From contig MU626449.1 in the NCBI GenBank assembly GCA_025603075.1, positions 1 to 37,142 on the forward strand: 37,142 nucleotides of DNA. The letters are read 5' to 3'. This stretch comes from Neoconidiobolus thromboides FSU 785. Its lineage: Eukaryota; Fungi; Entomophthoromycota. The notes beneath the pieces are model-generated. The model searched no databases and was not told where the DNA came from. It was given only the letters and a program-made list of their open reading frames with translations. The first letter of the stretch is position 1. Every line of letters starts with the position of its first letter. Shown in pieces: positions 23,480 through 35,580 of this stretch. The position numbers and the translations under genes were made by a program.

Positions 23480-25306
23480 ATGCTTCGTACCGCTGTTCGT
23501 TTTGCAGTTAGACGTCAAGCCACCGTTGCTGTAAGTATTCAAATCAACAAATGATACTACAAGTAGAGCAATTGAATAAAAACTAATATTATTCTTCAAT
23601 AGCCTCGTCAGAGCTCCGTTGTCGCCAACACTGCCGCTAAATTGTTCTCTACCAATGCCTTCAGATTGGCTGCTGCTAAGCCATGTAAGCAGAAACAATT
23701 AACATAACAATTAATGTCATTAATATTATTTTAGCCACCTCTGAAGTTTCTTCAATCCTCGAAGATCGTATTTTAAATACTACTTCCAACTTTGATATCC
23801 AAGAAACTGGTCGTGTATTATCCGTTGGTGATGGTATTGCCCGTGTTTATGGTCTTAAAAATGTACAAGCCGAAGAGATGGTTGAGTTCTCTTCTGGTGT
23901 TCAAGTAAGAAATAATTTTAATTTAAAAAAAAATAATTTTTTAAATTTCATTATAGGGTATGGCTCTTAACTTGGAACCTGACAATGTAGGTATTGTCGT
24001 TTTCGGTAACGATCGTCTTATCAAAGAAGGTGATACCGTTAAACGTACTGGTAACATTGTCGATGTTCCAGTAGGTGATGGTCTTCTTGGACGTGTAGTT
24101 GATGGTCTTGGTAACCCAATTGATGGTAAGGGTCCAATTCAAGCCGCTAAGCGTCAACGTGCCCAAATGAAAGCCCCAGGTATTATTCCTCGTCAATCTG
24201 TCCACGAACCTATGCAAACTGGTATCAAATCTGTTGATTCTATGTTGCCAATTGGTCGTGGTCAACGTGAGTTGATTATTGGTGATCGTCAAACTGGTAA
24301 GACTGCTGTCGCTCTTGACACTATTCTTAACCAAAAGAAGTGGAATGATGGAACTGATGAATCCAAAAAACTTTACTGTGTTTACGTTGCTATTGGTCAA
24401 AAACGTTCCACTGTTGCTCAATTCGTTCAAACTCTTGAAGAAAATGATGCTCTTAAATACTCCATTGTTGTAGCTGCTACTGCTTCCGATGCTGCTCCAC
24501 TTCAATTCTTAGCTCCATATTCTGGTGCTGCTATGGGAGAATATTTCCGTGATAATGGTAAACATGCCTTAATCATCTATGATGATTTATCCAAACAAGC
24601 CGTAGCTTATCGTCAAATGTCTCTTCTTCTTCGTCGTCCACCAGGTCGTGAAGCTTATCCTGGTGATGTTTTCTATCTCCATTCCCGTCTTTTAGAACGT
24701 GCTGCTAAGCTTAACAAAGATTTCGGATCTGGTTCCCTTACTGCCTTACCAGTTATTGAAACTCAAGGTGGTGATGTCTCAGCTTATATTCCAACCAATG
24801 TTATTTCCATTACCGATGGTCAAATTTTCTTAGAAGCTGAACTTTTCTTCAAGGGTATTCGTCCAGCTATTAACGTAGGTATTTCCGTATCTCGTGTAGG
24901 TTCTGCTGCCCAAACCAAAGCTATGAAACAAGTTGCCGGTTCTCTTAAACTTTTCTTAGCTCAATACCGTGAAGTTGCTGCTTTCGCTCAATTCGGTTCC
25001 GATCTTGATGCTTCCACCCAATTCTTGTTAAATCGTGGTTCCCGTCTTACTGAACTTCTTAAACAACCACAATATAAGCCACTTCCAGTTGAAAAACAAG
25101 TTGCTATTATCTACGCTGGTGTTAACGGTTTCCTTGATAAAATCGAAGTTAGTAAAGTTGTTGATTTTGAAAATGCTTTCTTACCACACATCACTGAAAA
25201 TCACTCTGATATCCTTGAGGCTATCCGTGTTGAAGGTAAACTTTCTGAAGAAGTTGAAAAGAAACTCCGTAACGTCATTACTGAGTTTATCAAGACTTTC
25301 CAATAA
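23480..25306 (+). CDS. ATP1: Mitochondrial F1 ATP synthase subunit alpha, with presequence
   Basis: Arg-rich presequence [13 protein letters not shown].. across three short introns, then [19 protein letters not shown], the Walker A motif GDRQTGKT and [26 protein letters not shown]. Strong codon bias. Confidence 0.98.
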
Positions 25307-25941
25307 GCCTGTTCCCTCATTTTTAATAACATAAAATTTAAACTATTTTACTTCGACTTTATAAACAATTTTACTTTGAATGTGTTAACATTGTATTTAA
25401 TTTTAGATTTTAAAATTAGACTGTAATTATATATATGATATGATAAAATGATTATTAGGAATGGGGTAAAGTATAAAATCCGTCATTAGTTGCTTTATAA
25501 ACAACAGGGCAGTAATCTTTAAGTATGAGTTATAATTTTAAAAGGTCACTTGAGAAATATTAAGATAATAAGGTCCAAAAAGGTTTGAAAAATATAGTTA
25601 ATCATATATTAAAACAACCGGAAATTAATATAAAGCTTATAAATTGTAGAAATGAATATTGAATACTGTTTAGATTAAATAAAGTTCAAATTTTTAAAAA
25701 ATATTGAATTTATTCTTGTTTTCATTTAAATTATAGACTAATATAAAAATGTGTATAATTATGAAATGTTAGAATTAATGGCTTCATGTTTTTCCGAAAA
25801 TAAAATACAAAATCTATTTATTTAAGTAATTTTAATAAAATATTAATAATCATAGCTTTTGAAGATAGAAAAGTAACGTCAAACTTAATAAATATATAAT
25901 CTATTTCCTTTCTAAATTACCTTGATGGAATTAATAAGGAC

Positions 25942-26034
25942 GTGGATATATTTTTTTGTAAGAATTTTACTAACAATCTTTCCACTCAAATAGTGCTTAA
26001 GAATCGAAAAAGTGATGAAACCAAAAAATACCCT
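25942..26034 (-). mobile_element. MITE copy, left arm of an inverted pair
   Basis: Consensus match; no clear TSD. Confidence 0.88.
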
Positions 26035-26086
26035 AATATAATAGTTTAGTGTAATTTGAAGCCTTATTAAGATTATTTGTATTAAT

Positions 26087-26180
26087 GGGGCTATTTTGTC
26101 TTCATTACTTTTTCGATTCTTAAGCACTATTTGAGTGGAAAGATTGTTAGTAAAATTCTTAAACAAAAAAATACATCCCC
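26087..26180 (+). mobile_element. MITE copy, right arm of an inverted pair
   Basis: Consensus match; no clear TSD. Confidence 0.88.
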
Positions 26181-26740
26181 CGTAATTTGTTTTTATAATA
26201 GAAACGCTTAAATTATTGAAAGTAAAAAAAAACAAAATTGAAACAACTGAAGACTATAAATAATACAATAAAGGTCAATATTAAAGTAGCTTGATTTCTA
26301 AAACTATAATAGCATAATTTATCCATTTGATTCAAGTTCATTACAATTATAAAATTCAACCAATTTTACACATACATTAAAGTCAAAAATATATAAAACT
26401 AACTGCAATCTATTCTTCAATCTTTCTTATTATAGAAATATGAGTAAAAGAACAAAAGTAATGTGCCACCAGACCTTACCTCTTTATCGTTATGTTATCT
26501 GCTTCATTTGTCTTGTTTTGTTTAAAGCCCTTTGTTTTATTATTTACTATTAAATATATCAACGCTTAGAAATCAACTCTTTTAAAGTTTAAAAGATATT
26601 TGATTTGTTACTGCTTATAAAATTTAGAATTTGAAGTTATCATTACAACTTTTATTGTTCAACAATAAAAAATGCCCAATAGATGGACTTAACCTATTAA
26701 TTGTATCAGTTTATAAAAGCTTACTTCATATAATTTATAC

Positions 26741-26836
26741 AAAGATATCTCTTTTTAAGAAATTTGCTAACACTTTTTTCACATAATAGCATTTAAAAAA
26801 ATCGAAAAAATGACAAAATTAAAAGAAACACTCCCT
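26741..26836 (-). mobile_element. Degenerate MITE copy
   Basis: Consensus layout retained; ATAC/ATAC flanks with a 1-nt end ambiguity. Confidence 0.7.
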
Positions 26837-27110
26837 ATACATTATTGTAAATTCAATTTTTTGGACAAAATTTAATTCTATTCTTAGGACAGCTAGAACA
26901 GCTTACAGCCAGATGTCTTCTGTTACTTTTAATCTGTAGCTAAATTTTTCTAATGTGTTTAAGCACTACAAATTTTATAAGCCCTAAATTTATGTTAGTT
27001 ATTAGCTACAAGTTGAAAACAATGGGGTATATCTACCTATAAACTGCTCTGATTTGATTTTTCAACCTATTCTAGTTTTCTAAACTGTCAATTTCTAAAA
27101 AAATAAAACG

Positions 27111-27200
27111 AAGGGTATCTTTTTTAGTTTCATTTGCTGTTCCATTTTTCAAGCTTTAGTGACTGAAAAAATAACTAGCAATTTATAAAGTAAAAGAATT
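27111..27200 (+). mobile_element. Highly degenerate MITE copy
   Basis: AAGGGTATCTTTTTTAGTTTCATTTGCTGTTCCATTTTTCAAGC... resembles the + consensus; the right end has decayed. Confidence 0.5.
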
Positions 27201-27269
27201 TGTGTTCAAATATTTTAATATTATAATTAAATTTAAGGGTGAAAATGAGTAAATAGTTCAACAAGAAAG

Positions 27270-27323
27270 AGGGATATCTTTATTTAAAAATGAAGAAAGT
27301 GATGAAACTAAAAAAACATCCTC
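27270..27323 (-). mobile_element. Internally deleted mini-MITE (~54 bp)
   Basis: AGGGATATCTTTATTT joined directly to AAAAATGAAGAAAGTGATGAAACTAAAAAAACATCCTC. Confidence 0.6.
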
Positions 27324-27611
27324 AAATGTTATATATAATTCAAAACAAAATATTACAATCGTTATTCATGATAAAAAGCAAACAATTAAATCAAATAGAA
27401 TAAATTTAAATTATTTTATTAAATGTAACTTTTTAAAAATACGTTCTTGGATCTCAATCGAATTCCAATCCGAAACACCAAATCAATCAAAAAATAAAAA
27501 TCATTGAATAATAAACCAAAGACAAGCGCAATAAATTTTAAATATGTTTTACTTGGATGAAATAAAGGGAGCTGGGGTTTTCAGCTAGATTGAAATAAAA
27601 TTGTTATTTAT

Positions 27612-29183
27612 TTAAGCATTGCCTAGAAATATGTTAGTTGTTATTAAAATAAAACAAAATCGAGTTACAATAAGTTTTTGAGTCAATGTCCTCAGGAAGT
27701 TCAGTAATATTAACTTCAAAGCGTTCTTGGATATTATTTAAAGTTTCTGAGTCTTCACCACTGGCAACAAAAGTAATGGCTAAACCTTTAGTACCGAAAC
27801 GACCAGCACGTCCAACCTAAAAAAAAATAAGTAAAATTGTTATTATTAGTCAATCTAACTTACACGATGGAGGTATGAATCAGCGCTATCTGGCATGTCG
27901 TAATTGATGACAACATTTACACGTTCAATATCAATACCACGTGCAAACACATCGGTACAGACCATAACACGGAATTTGAAGTCCTTGAACAACTGGTAAC
28001 GCTGAATACGAGTTGGCTGATCCAAGTTACCATGGATACAGATAGTAGGGAAACTGCAGTTTTTGAGAACTCTTTCAAGGGCTTTAGCTCTAGAAATTGA
28101 TTTTACGAAGATACAGATTTGATTAAAATTCAATGTATCAAGAAGATCATTAAGAGTTCTACTTTTGCTATCTTCCTTAAGTTTTACAAAGTGTTGTAAA
28201 AGACCATGTAAGGTAAGTTTAGTTTCATCATCAATGTAAATTTCCAAAGGCTAAAATTGATGTTAGATTATATTATAATAAATTTGATATAACATACATT
28301 TTGCATGAACTTTCTAACTACGGGTCTAATTTCTTTGCTAAGGGTAGCTGAGAACATAAGTACTTGCTTGTGTTGAGGAGTCTCACGGAAAATGTCTTGG
28401 ACATCGCAACGCATTTCTGAATTTATCTTAGATAATGAAGTTGGATAAATTAATATACTTACCATGATTTTCCAACATCTTGTCACATTCATCAAGTACA
28501 AAATGTTTGATGGTGCCTGCTTTAAGCGTACCTTCTTTAATGAGAGCGAGAACACGTCCTGGTGTACCAACAAGAACATGTGGGCAGGTATCTTTGTCTT
28601 TAATCAATTCACGATCTTTGGCAATATTAATACCACCATAAACTACCTTGGTACGTACCTTTGGTAGATATTTTGAGAAACGAGTATACTCATTCATAAT
28701 TTGGAATGCCAATTCTCTAGTATGACAGAGAACCAACACACCAACTTGACCTGGAACAGGGTCAACTTGCTGTAAAGTGGCCAAAACAAAAACTGCAGTC
28801 TTTCCCATACCCGATTTTGCTTGACAGATAACATCAGACCCAAGGATCGATTGAGGAATACATTCATGCTGAACTATAATAAAAGGGCTCAGTTCCAACG
28901 AAAAATTAAATAATTAAATAATTGCCAACCAACCTTCTGATGGATGTTCAAAACCACAGTCAGCAATAGCACGCATAAGTTCTGGTCTTATAAGGAAATC
29001 TTTGAAACCGGTGGAATGGATAGTTACATAAGAACCCTTATCTTTACCCTCTTTACCCTTGGCTTCCTCTTCAAGTGGTTTGTTGTCTTCAATCTCCTTC
29101 TCGTTATCAGTGAGAGAAATTTCTTGGTCTAAGGCATCGTCTTCCTCGAAATCAATTAATTCATCATGATGATTGTCAGCCAT
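27612..29183 (-). CDS. SUB2: DECD-box RNA helicase Sub2/UAP56
   Basis: [25 protein letters not shown]|[53 protein letters not shown] and YLHR|[17 protein letters not shown]. Probable tiny last exon at 27622-27612. Confidence 0.96.
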
Positions 29184-29779
29184 TTTAGTATCCTAATTTC
29201 TGCATGAGCGAAAATGCAAGCAAGAAAGGAAACAAGATCATGTTAGCAAAGGTTATTGAAAAATATTTATCCAAATTAATATAAAATAATTGTAATTTAG
29301 GTGAACTTGAATTTATACACGCTTCTGTTTAAGAAGCATGATATATATCACTCCAGCCATAAATAAATGGATCCACAACTGCAATGAATAGATAGTCCAT
29401 TAAATTTAAGCGTACCTTATTTAATTTAATAATATAGAAATAAAAGTATTAGGGTGATAATTAAGAGCAAGGTGAACTTATATTAATCCGTAATTATGGG
29501 ACACTAAGGATTATATGATATTAACCAATGAGAACCTATAAATAGGTAATTATTACGCAACTATTTAATTTTATTGGCTGGAATTTAAGAATAAAAATAA
29601 TCATCAAAAATCATTTATAAAAAGCATTGGTTAAACATGAATATTAAACCAGTGCCACCTAATCATATTGAAAATTCAATTAAAAAATAGTTTAATAAAA
29701 AAATGACTAGACAAATTCAATCATATTTAAGTAAAATTTAATAGGTTTAATACTTATATTTAATTTAGTTTATACTTAC

Positions 29780-31000
29780 ATTTTATAGATTCTGTACCTA
29801 CTCATTTTGAAACAGTTTCAGCATAAACATAAGCGGAAGTGCTATTGTTTTTGAATACAGCCATATATAAGATAGTATTTGATTAACAAAACTGCTGAGA
29901 CTGTCTCAACAAAAGAATTTCATCATTATACAAACTTAAATATGAGAATGTTTTTTTTGCTTCGGCATTTAGTCAGTATTTTCTCAAGTTTTGCTTATAA
30001 GAATGAAAATAAAGCCATCTTTATGTCTAATATACTATTTTTCTGAGTATGAATAATTCGAATACCTTTATTGAAATAACTATTTATTAGATAAAAAAAT
30101 AAACCGATATGTTATATTACATCATGTTATGATATCCAAAGATCCCGTTTTTTTATAAATAATTTGATAATAATAAAATCTACTTTTATTTTATTAATAT
30201 TTTACAATAAAAAATAATTTTGGATTCCTTTGAATTACGATACTTCATTGTAAATACAGGTTGAGTGTTTAAAATGACTAAATTAGCCTATGGTCATAAA
30301 TTGACTATATAATCTGCAATTTATGTAGTATACATTTTAAGGAATCTTTTATATTTATTATTTGGGCAAAGTTAATATTTAGAAATTGATATAAAAAGGT
30401 AATATAGGTGAAGTTAGAAATTAATTTACTAAATTTTGTTGTTTGTTTTTGATCACTTTAATTAAGATTTTTCTTTATGTTTTTAACTAACAATATAGTA
30501 TTATTATTTCTTCTTTGACTAAATGCTACAATTTTAATTATTCCTGAATAAACATACTTTATACTTTTTCATTAGTACATTAGTTCTATCTTTTAAAAAA
30601 TAGCAATACTATAAAAAGCAAGGTTTATAAAAAGGTGTAATAAAGGGTAATGTTACGAAATTAATAACTATACATAATCTATATAACTCGAAAATTAAAT
30701 AGCAACAAATATTACCAAATGTCCAGAAAAACAAACAGTTCAGGTACCACCATAAAGGGATGTCGTTGGTATATTTCAAAAGAACACTCTTAGCTATGGT
30801 CCTAATGAGATTGTGAATGGTCAATTGAATAATATAATTTTGAGTTTAAAAATAAACTATATAAGCAAATCATTGCACAACAATTATATTTACAAATCAT
30901 CTGACATATTTATTTCCTTTTTTTACACCCATTTTAATCTTTTAATCTTCCAGTTTTGCCTTGTCTTTTTTCAATCACATCCTTTCACAGCTTTTTCAGT
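29780..31000 (-). pseudogene. Possible degraded multi-pass membrane-protein gene
   Basis: Hydrophobic fragment IHNLIRTIAKSVLLKYTNDIPLWWYLNCLFFWTFGNICCYLIFELYR (30609-30824), an upstream GCD* (possible TGG>TGA) and hydrophobic fragments near 29800-29940. Many stops; boundaries approximate. Confidence 0.3.
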
Positions 31001-31222
31001 CATCTAAATTGAAATATTGTGAAAAGGGGGTATTAACTTTTAAGCAACAAAGAAGACTAAATGAAATAAGGTTAGACTCTTAATAGTCACATTACATTAT
31101 TGCTTTTTGCTTATATCAAAGAGTCATTCTATTTGAGCATAAAGAAACAAATGTGGTTCAAAACAATCAAGTAATAGGAAAAATGATGTGATTGAAGGAC
31201 TTTAGATTTCCAAATTATATAC

Positions 31223-31321
31223 GGGGCTGTTTTTTTTGGTTTCATTACTTTCTCCATTTTTTAAGTGCTATTTGAGCGGAAAGATTGTTAGTAAAGTTCT
31301 TAAACAAAAAATATATCCCTA
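31223..31321 (+). mobile_element. MITE copy
   Basis: Consensus match; ATAC/ATAC flanks with a 1-nt end ambiguity. Confidence 0.9.
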
Positions 31322-31875
31322 ATACCTTTTTTCTATACTTGATATTAGTGCTTTTAAACTTAAACCTCATATACTATTTAATATTTAAAAATGTATGCTG
31401 GAGCCATGATGATATGTATTTATGGGAAATAAAATAAATTTTATGACTTATCTGAAAGGCTGGGGAAAAGATGAACTATTAATTTGAATGCTAATATTTA
31501 TATTTTATATTTTTATAATATGTTACATTTATTATTTTAATCTTTTTTTATATTAATTCAATTTTCTAAATACTGGCCAACCACAGATTAAACTTTTGTA
31601 CAAGGTTATTTAATTTATTAAATATTATGTTTAATTAGGGAATTTATATCACAGCTTGTAAGTTGTTAAATGTGGCTATATAATTCCAGATAACAAGAAT
31701 CAGCTTAACTATACTATAAACTGACTTTGACACCCCTTCCAATATATCACATTGTAAGCCATGTGCTGACTATATTTGCATCATACTTTTCTGCTTTGGT
31801 ATTATTGAAACATTTACTTTTGACTATATAATTATATCACTTTTTTCGTTAAGGATAGGTGAAAATTCATATTAT

Positions 31876-31973
31876 GAGAATATATTTTTGTGTTTAAGAA
31901 TTTTACTAATAAATGTTCCGCTTAAATAGCGCTTAAAAAATGGAAGAAATAATGAAGTCAAAAAAACACTCCC
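31876..31973 (-). mobile_element. MITE copy
   Basis: Consensus match; TSD TTAT. Confidence 0.9.
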
Positions 31974-32006
31974 TTATAATAAACTTTATGGCTTTATAGT
32001 TAACAT

Positions 32007-32101
32007 AGAGATGTGTTTTATTATTTGAGAGTTTTACAACACTTTTTATGCTAAAATAGCGCTTAAAAAAATGGAAAAGTAATAAAACCAAAAACATCCC
32101 C
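32007..32101 (-). mobile_element. MITE copy
   Basis: Consensus match; flanks ACAT/ATAT. Lies 33 bp from the previous copy. Confidence 0.85.
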
Positions 32102-32693
32102 ATATATAATTTTCCACTTTGGAAATATTTAAAAGAACCATTTTTAAGAAAAAATTAACCCTTGCAACTTTTTTCTATTTCAAAGTCCAACGTGACTTAT
32201 ATAAACTCTATTTATATTTGACTATGGTTTAACAAGCATAAGAATTTATGTTAAATACTTTAGAATAATCCACAAGATATATTTCTATATTAAATATTTT
32301 AATTATTTCCCTTACTATCATATCCAATTTCTATGTTTTTTCAAACTATTGCTCATAGTTATATAAAACAATAACTATTGTAAGCTACTTTCCGCAAGTT
32401 ACAAAATTATTGAGCCTTCTCATGACTATCATGTGTATTTTGATGAAAAGGTAAGTGTATTAACTTGATTTTACAATTTATTTTATAAGCGTTTATTTAA
32501 TTCAAATATAGTATATAGTTCTATTTAGATGGAGTTAATTCTAACATAAAAATACTTAAGGTTACAAAAATGTCCTTAGTTATTTTGCACCTCTTTTTAT
32601 AAATATATATTAAAAACCAGTTTTAATAAATAGGTATATAAGCTGACAAATGGATAAATTCTTAAATTAACTCAGAGACTAAAAAGAAAAAAA

Positions 32694-33056
32694 ATGGCAT
32701 CTAACATCAATCTAACCACATCTGTATCTTCAAAAGAAAATTCAACAATCAACGGCTTAACAATAAAAAAATCAAAAAATTCTATAGTCAGTTCATTATC
32801 ATACACTTCAACTAATACCAATTTCTCTGAGTTTAGTGAGTTTCCAATGCCCTTATATTCATTATCATCAGTAAAAAACGAAAAAAAAAGCCTCAGCAAA
32901 GAATCTTTTAGTACTTATTTTAAGAATTCTAATTCTACTTCTAATTCATTATCACCACCTCCCCCTGTTTATGATCTCCCAATGCCTCTGTTTTCTATTA
33001 TTACTATATTCAAAGCTATTTACAAACTAACTAAAAGCAAGTCTACTGAATATTAA
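32694..33056 (+). CDS. Hypothetical Ser-rich 120-aa protein
   Basis: Uninterrupted ATG-initiated ORF in otherwise stop-rich DNA, with the repeated motif PMPLYS/PMPLFS. No family recognised. Confidence 0.35.
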   Translation: MASNINLTTSVSSKENSTINGLTIKKSKNSIVSSLSYTSTNTNFSEFSEFPMPLYSLSSVKNEKKSLSKESFSTYFKNSNSTSNSLSPPPPVYDLPMPLFSIITIFKAIYKLTKSKSTEY

Positions 33057-33379
33057 TTGCATAATAAAATGACTGTGTTATTTAATAAAAAATAGTATGC
33101 TGGTCTTACTATGTATTTATGCTTCAAAAAAAAAGAATAGGTGAGATAATTTAGAAATGGAGTTGAGATAGTTAAGAGTTAAAATAAATAAAAGTCAAAA
33201 ATTCAATATGATTGTAGATATTATATATTTTTAAAATAAAAATCGACTTCACTTTAATTATACATTGTAATTATGTAAATTTTATAATAAAGATTAGTAA
33301 TATTTTTTATTTAAAAAAAAGGAAGAGATAAACAGTAACAACAAGCTATAGTAGTGATAATAAATAATTTGTTATATAT

Positions 33380-33845
33380 TGTGAAATGTGGTACCCAGTG
33401 ATTAGAGTCAAAAACAGCTATTGTCTGGCTGACTACACTATAAGTCGAAAGGTCTTAGTTTATGTGACTAAGATAGACTTGAATTATGAGGAATGGCACA
33501 TAATAGGCTACGAACCATGTAAGACAATTAGAATAGATAATACTACTGTAAAATCTACCTAAAATACTATTAAGTAAACTTAGTGGCTTTATTAAATGTA
33601 CGAGATATCAGGGAATAATTCAGTTAAAAAGCCTCGAGTTACTATGTTCCAAAATCTCTTTTATACTCCAACAAGTATGGGTATCAAAATGGAGATATAA
33701 TGTCCTTGATAGTCATATGACATAGATTCTCATAGCAAGACAAAATAAGAACATGGGATTGATTGTCTTTGAACTCAAGAACACAGCAGCTTAAGTGATT
33801 ATTGTGCTATAATCAATCGTGGAGCTGACAAAGCGATATTTCGCA
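33380..33845. mobile_element. Solo-LTR-like repeat, copy 2 (466 bp), same orientation as copy 1
   Basis: TGTGAAAT...ATTTCGCA termini flanked by ATAT/ATAT. A 36-bp block at 33430-33465 is identical to 3812-3847. Carries an extra ~60-70 bp near its 3' end. Confidence 0.75.
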
Positions 33846-34339
33846 ATATGGATATTATAAGTATTTTAAACTTAATACTTTGTAAACTTCAGTACAACGC
33901 ATAAACTAAATTATATATCCGTGTATTTTTTAAATAAATTCAAGTCAATAAAATATTTTAATTATGAATTCACATTTTTTTAAGATAGCTCTTTTTTAAA
34001 TATTTTAAAAATATAAAATAACCTTTTTATTTACCTTTTAAATAATATTTTTAGAAACTAGTTTATTGCTATCCACCATACTATTTATTATATCATTAAG
34101 TTTAAATTAAATTTTAGTTTTACAAAGATATTTTGTTAAATTATCTAATTTAGAATGCTTCACTCACTTTTTATTATTTTTATGAAATTTAATTGGGTTT
34201 ACTTTATCCCTTAAAAACTCATAATTTATTTGCTATCTTTATAAACAGTCCTTTGCATTAAGAGCGCTATAAACCAAAGTTCTCATTACAAAAACACTTG
34301 CTCAACTGTTAGTTTATAATAATATAAGTTTTAGTATAT

Positions 34340-34436
34340 GGGGATGTGTTTTTTTGTTTGAGAATTTTACTACAATCTTTCCACTTAAATAGCGCTTAAA
34401 AAATGGGAAAATAATGAAACCAAAAAAAACAGCTTC
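34340..34436 (-). mobile_element. MITE copy
   Basis: Consensus match; TSD ATAT. Confidence 0.9.
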
Positions 34437-34583
34437 ATATTGAGCTATTGAAATGTTTTTTTAGGCCCATTATATTTCTTCACTATACTTATTACGTTAT
34501 ACTACTGAGCCTGTTGAATTTTTTATACTGTTGTTTCTTCAAAAGTTATGAAGTTTAATTATCTAAGCAAAACCACTATTATC

Positions 34584-34684
34584 ATGTATATATTATTATT
34601 ATGTATATATTATTATTATGTATATATTATTATTATGTATATATTATTATTATGTATATATTATTATTATGTATATATTATTAT
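34584..34684. repeat. Minisatellite (ATGTATATATTATTATT) x ~6
   Basis: Five perfect 17-bp units plus one partial unit. Confidence 0.9.
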
Positions 34685-35485
34685 ATGTTATAAAGTTGAA
34701 TATTCTAATTTTGACAAATGATGTATCCAGTACCAACATCTTTTATTATTAGCTTTTTTGTAATTAGATAGCTTTTAGGAGTTTTAAATAAGGGGAACAA
34801 TTAAGCAGAGCAGGCACTTAGCTTTTTGCTGAGAAAAGTCCATAATTTTAGATAATATTTAATTCCAATCAAAAAACAACTAGATTAACAAAGTAGCTAT
34901 TATAAATAGTTATTAGGTTAAGATTTTTATTTTGTCGAATTTGTTAACAATTTATTCCACAAAGACTAATATCTTACTAATAAAAACATTACCTGCTTGA
35001 TCGTTGCCCCCTGTCAGTTTATTTATATTTGATTTATCCTTAGGACTTCTAGTAGGCTTATTACTTTTGAAATATTCAATACATGAAAATATATTAATTA
35101 ATAAAACCACTTGGAATCATTTCAAGGTTTTAAAATTCTTCATTCAGCATACATAAAACATCCTCTTTTTTAATAAAATAACAAACAATAGCAAATAATA
35201 ACAAACAACAATAAAAAGTATTCATATGGGGATATCTGAATTGGTTTTCAGAGTTTAGTTAATAATTTAGCTAATAACTTAACTATTTTATCAAGGTTTA
35301 ATAATAATTTTAAGCTAAATAAAATAAGAAATAGAAACAAGACCAAGTTTAATAAATCAAATTATCATAATATAATAAATGAGCTATATTAGTATTAAAG
35401 TTTAGTGCTTCATATTTAAGAATGATAAAATAATAAGGAAAATTTATTTTGATTATTTGAAATATCAAACTGTGATTCAGTATAT

Positions 35486-35580
35486 AAAGGTGTTTTTTAA
35501 CTTCATTATTTTTTCCATTTTTTAAGCGCTATGAGTGGAAAGATCATTACTAACATTCTTGAACACAAAAACATATCTCT
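35486..35580 (+). mobile_element. MITE copy
   Basis: Consensus match with decayed ends; TSD ATAT. Confidence 0.85.

Noticed and set aside
27855-28420. Atypical residues in Sub2 (MRCDVQ, KSRTL, DVFARG) as a sign of a neofunctionalised paralog
   Set aside because: All helicase motifs are intact, and the changes are within plausible lineage divergence without comparative data.
3762-33845. One giant 30-kb LTR element bounded by the two LTR-like copies
   Set aside because: Each copy has its own flanking duplication, the outer flanks do not match, and the interior holds housekeeping genes.
34960-35225. Minus-strand signal-peptide-like start MNTFYCCLLLFAIVCYF followed by short open segments
   Set aside because: It stops after 31 codons, and hydrophobic peptides arise easily from T-rich DNA.
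35227-35245. Isolated MITE-end-like fragments (35227, 29943, about 21990)
   Set aside because: They are too short or too decayed to annotate as elements individually.
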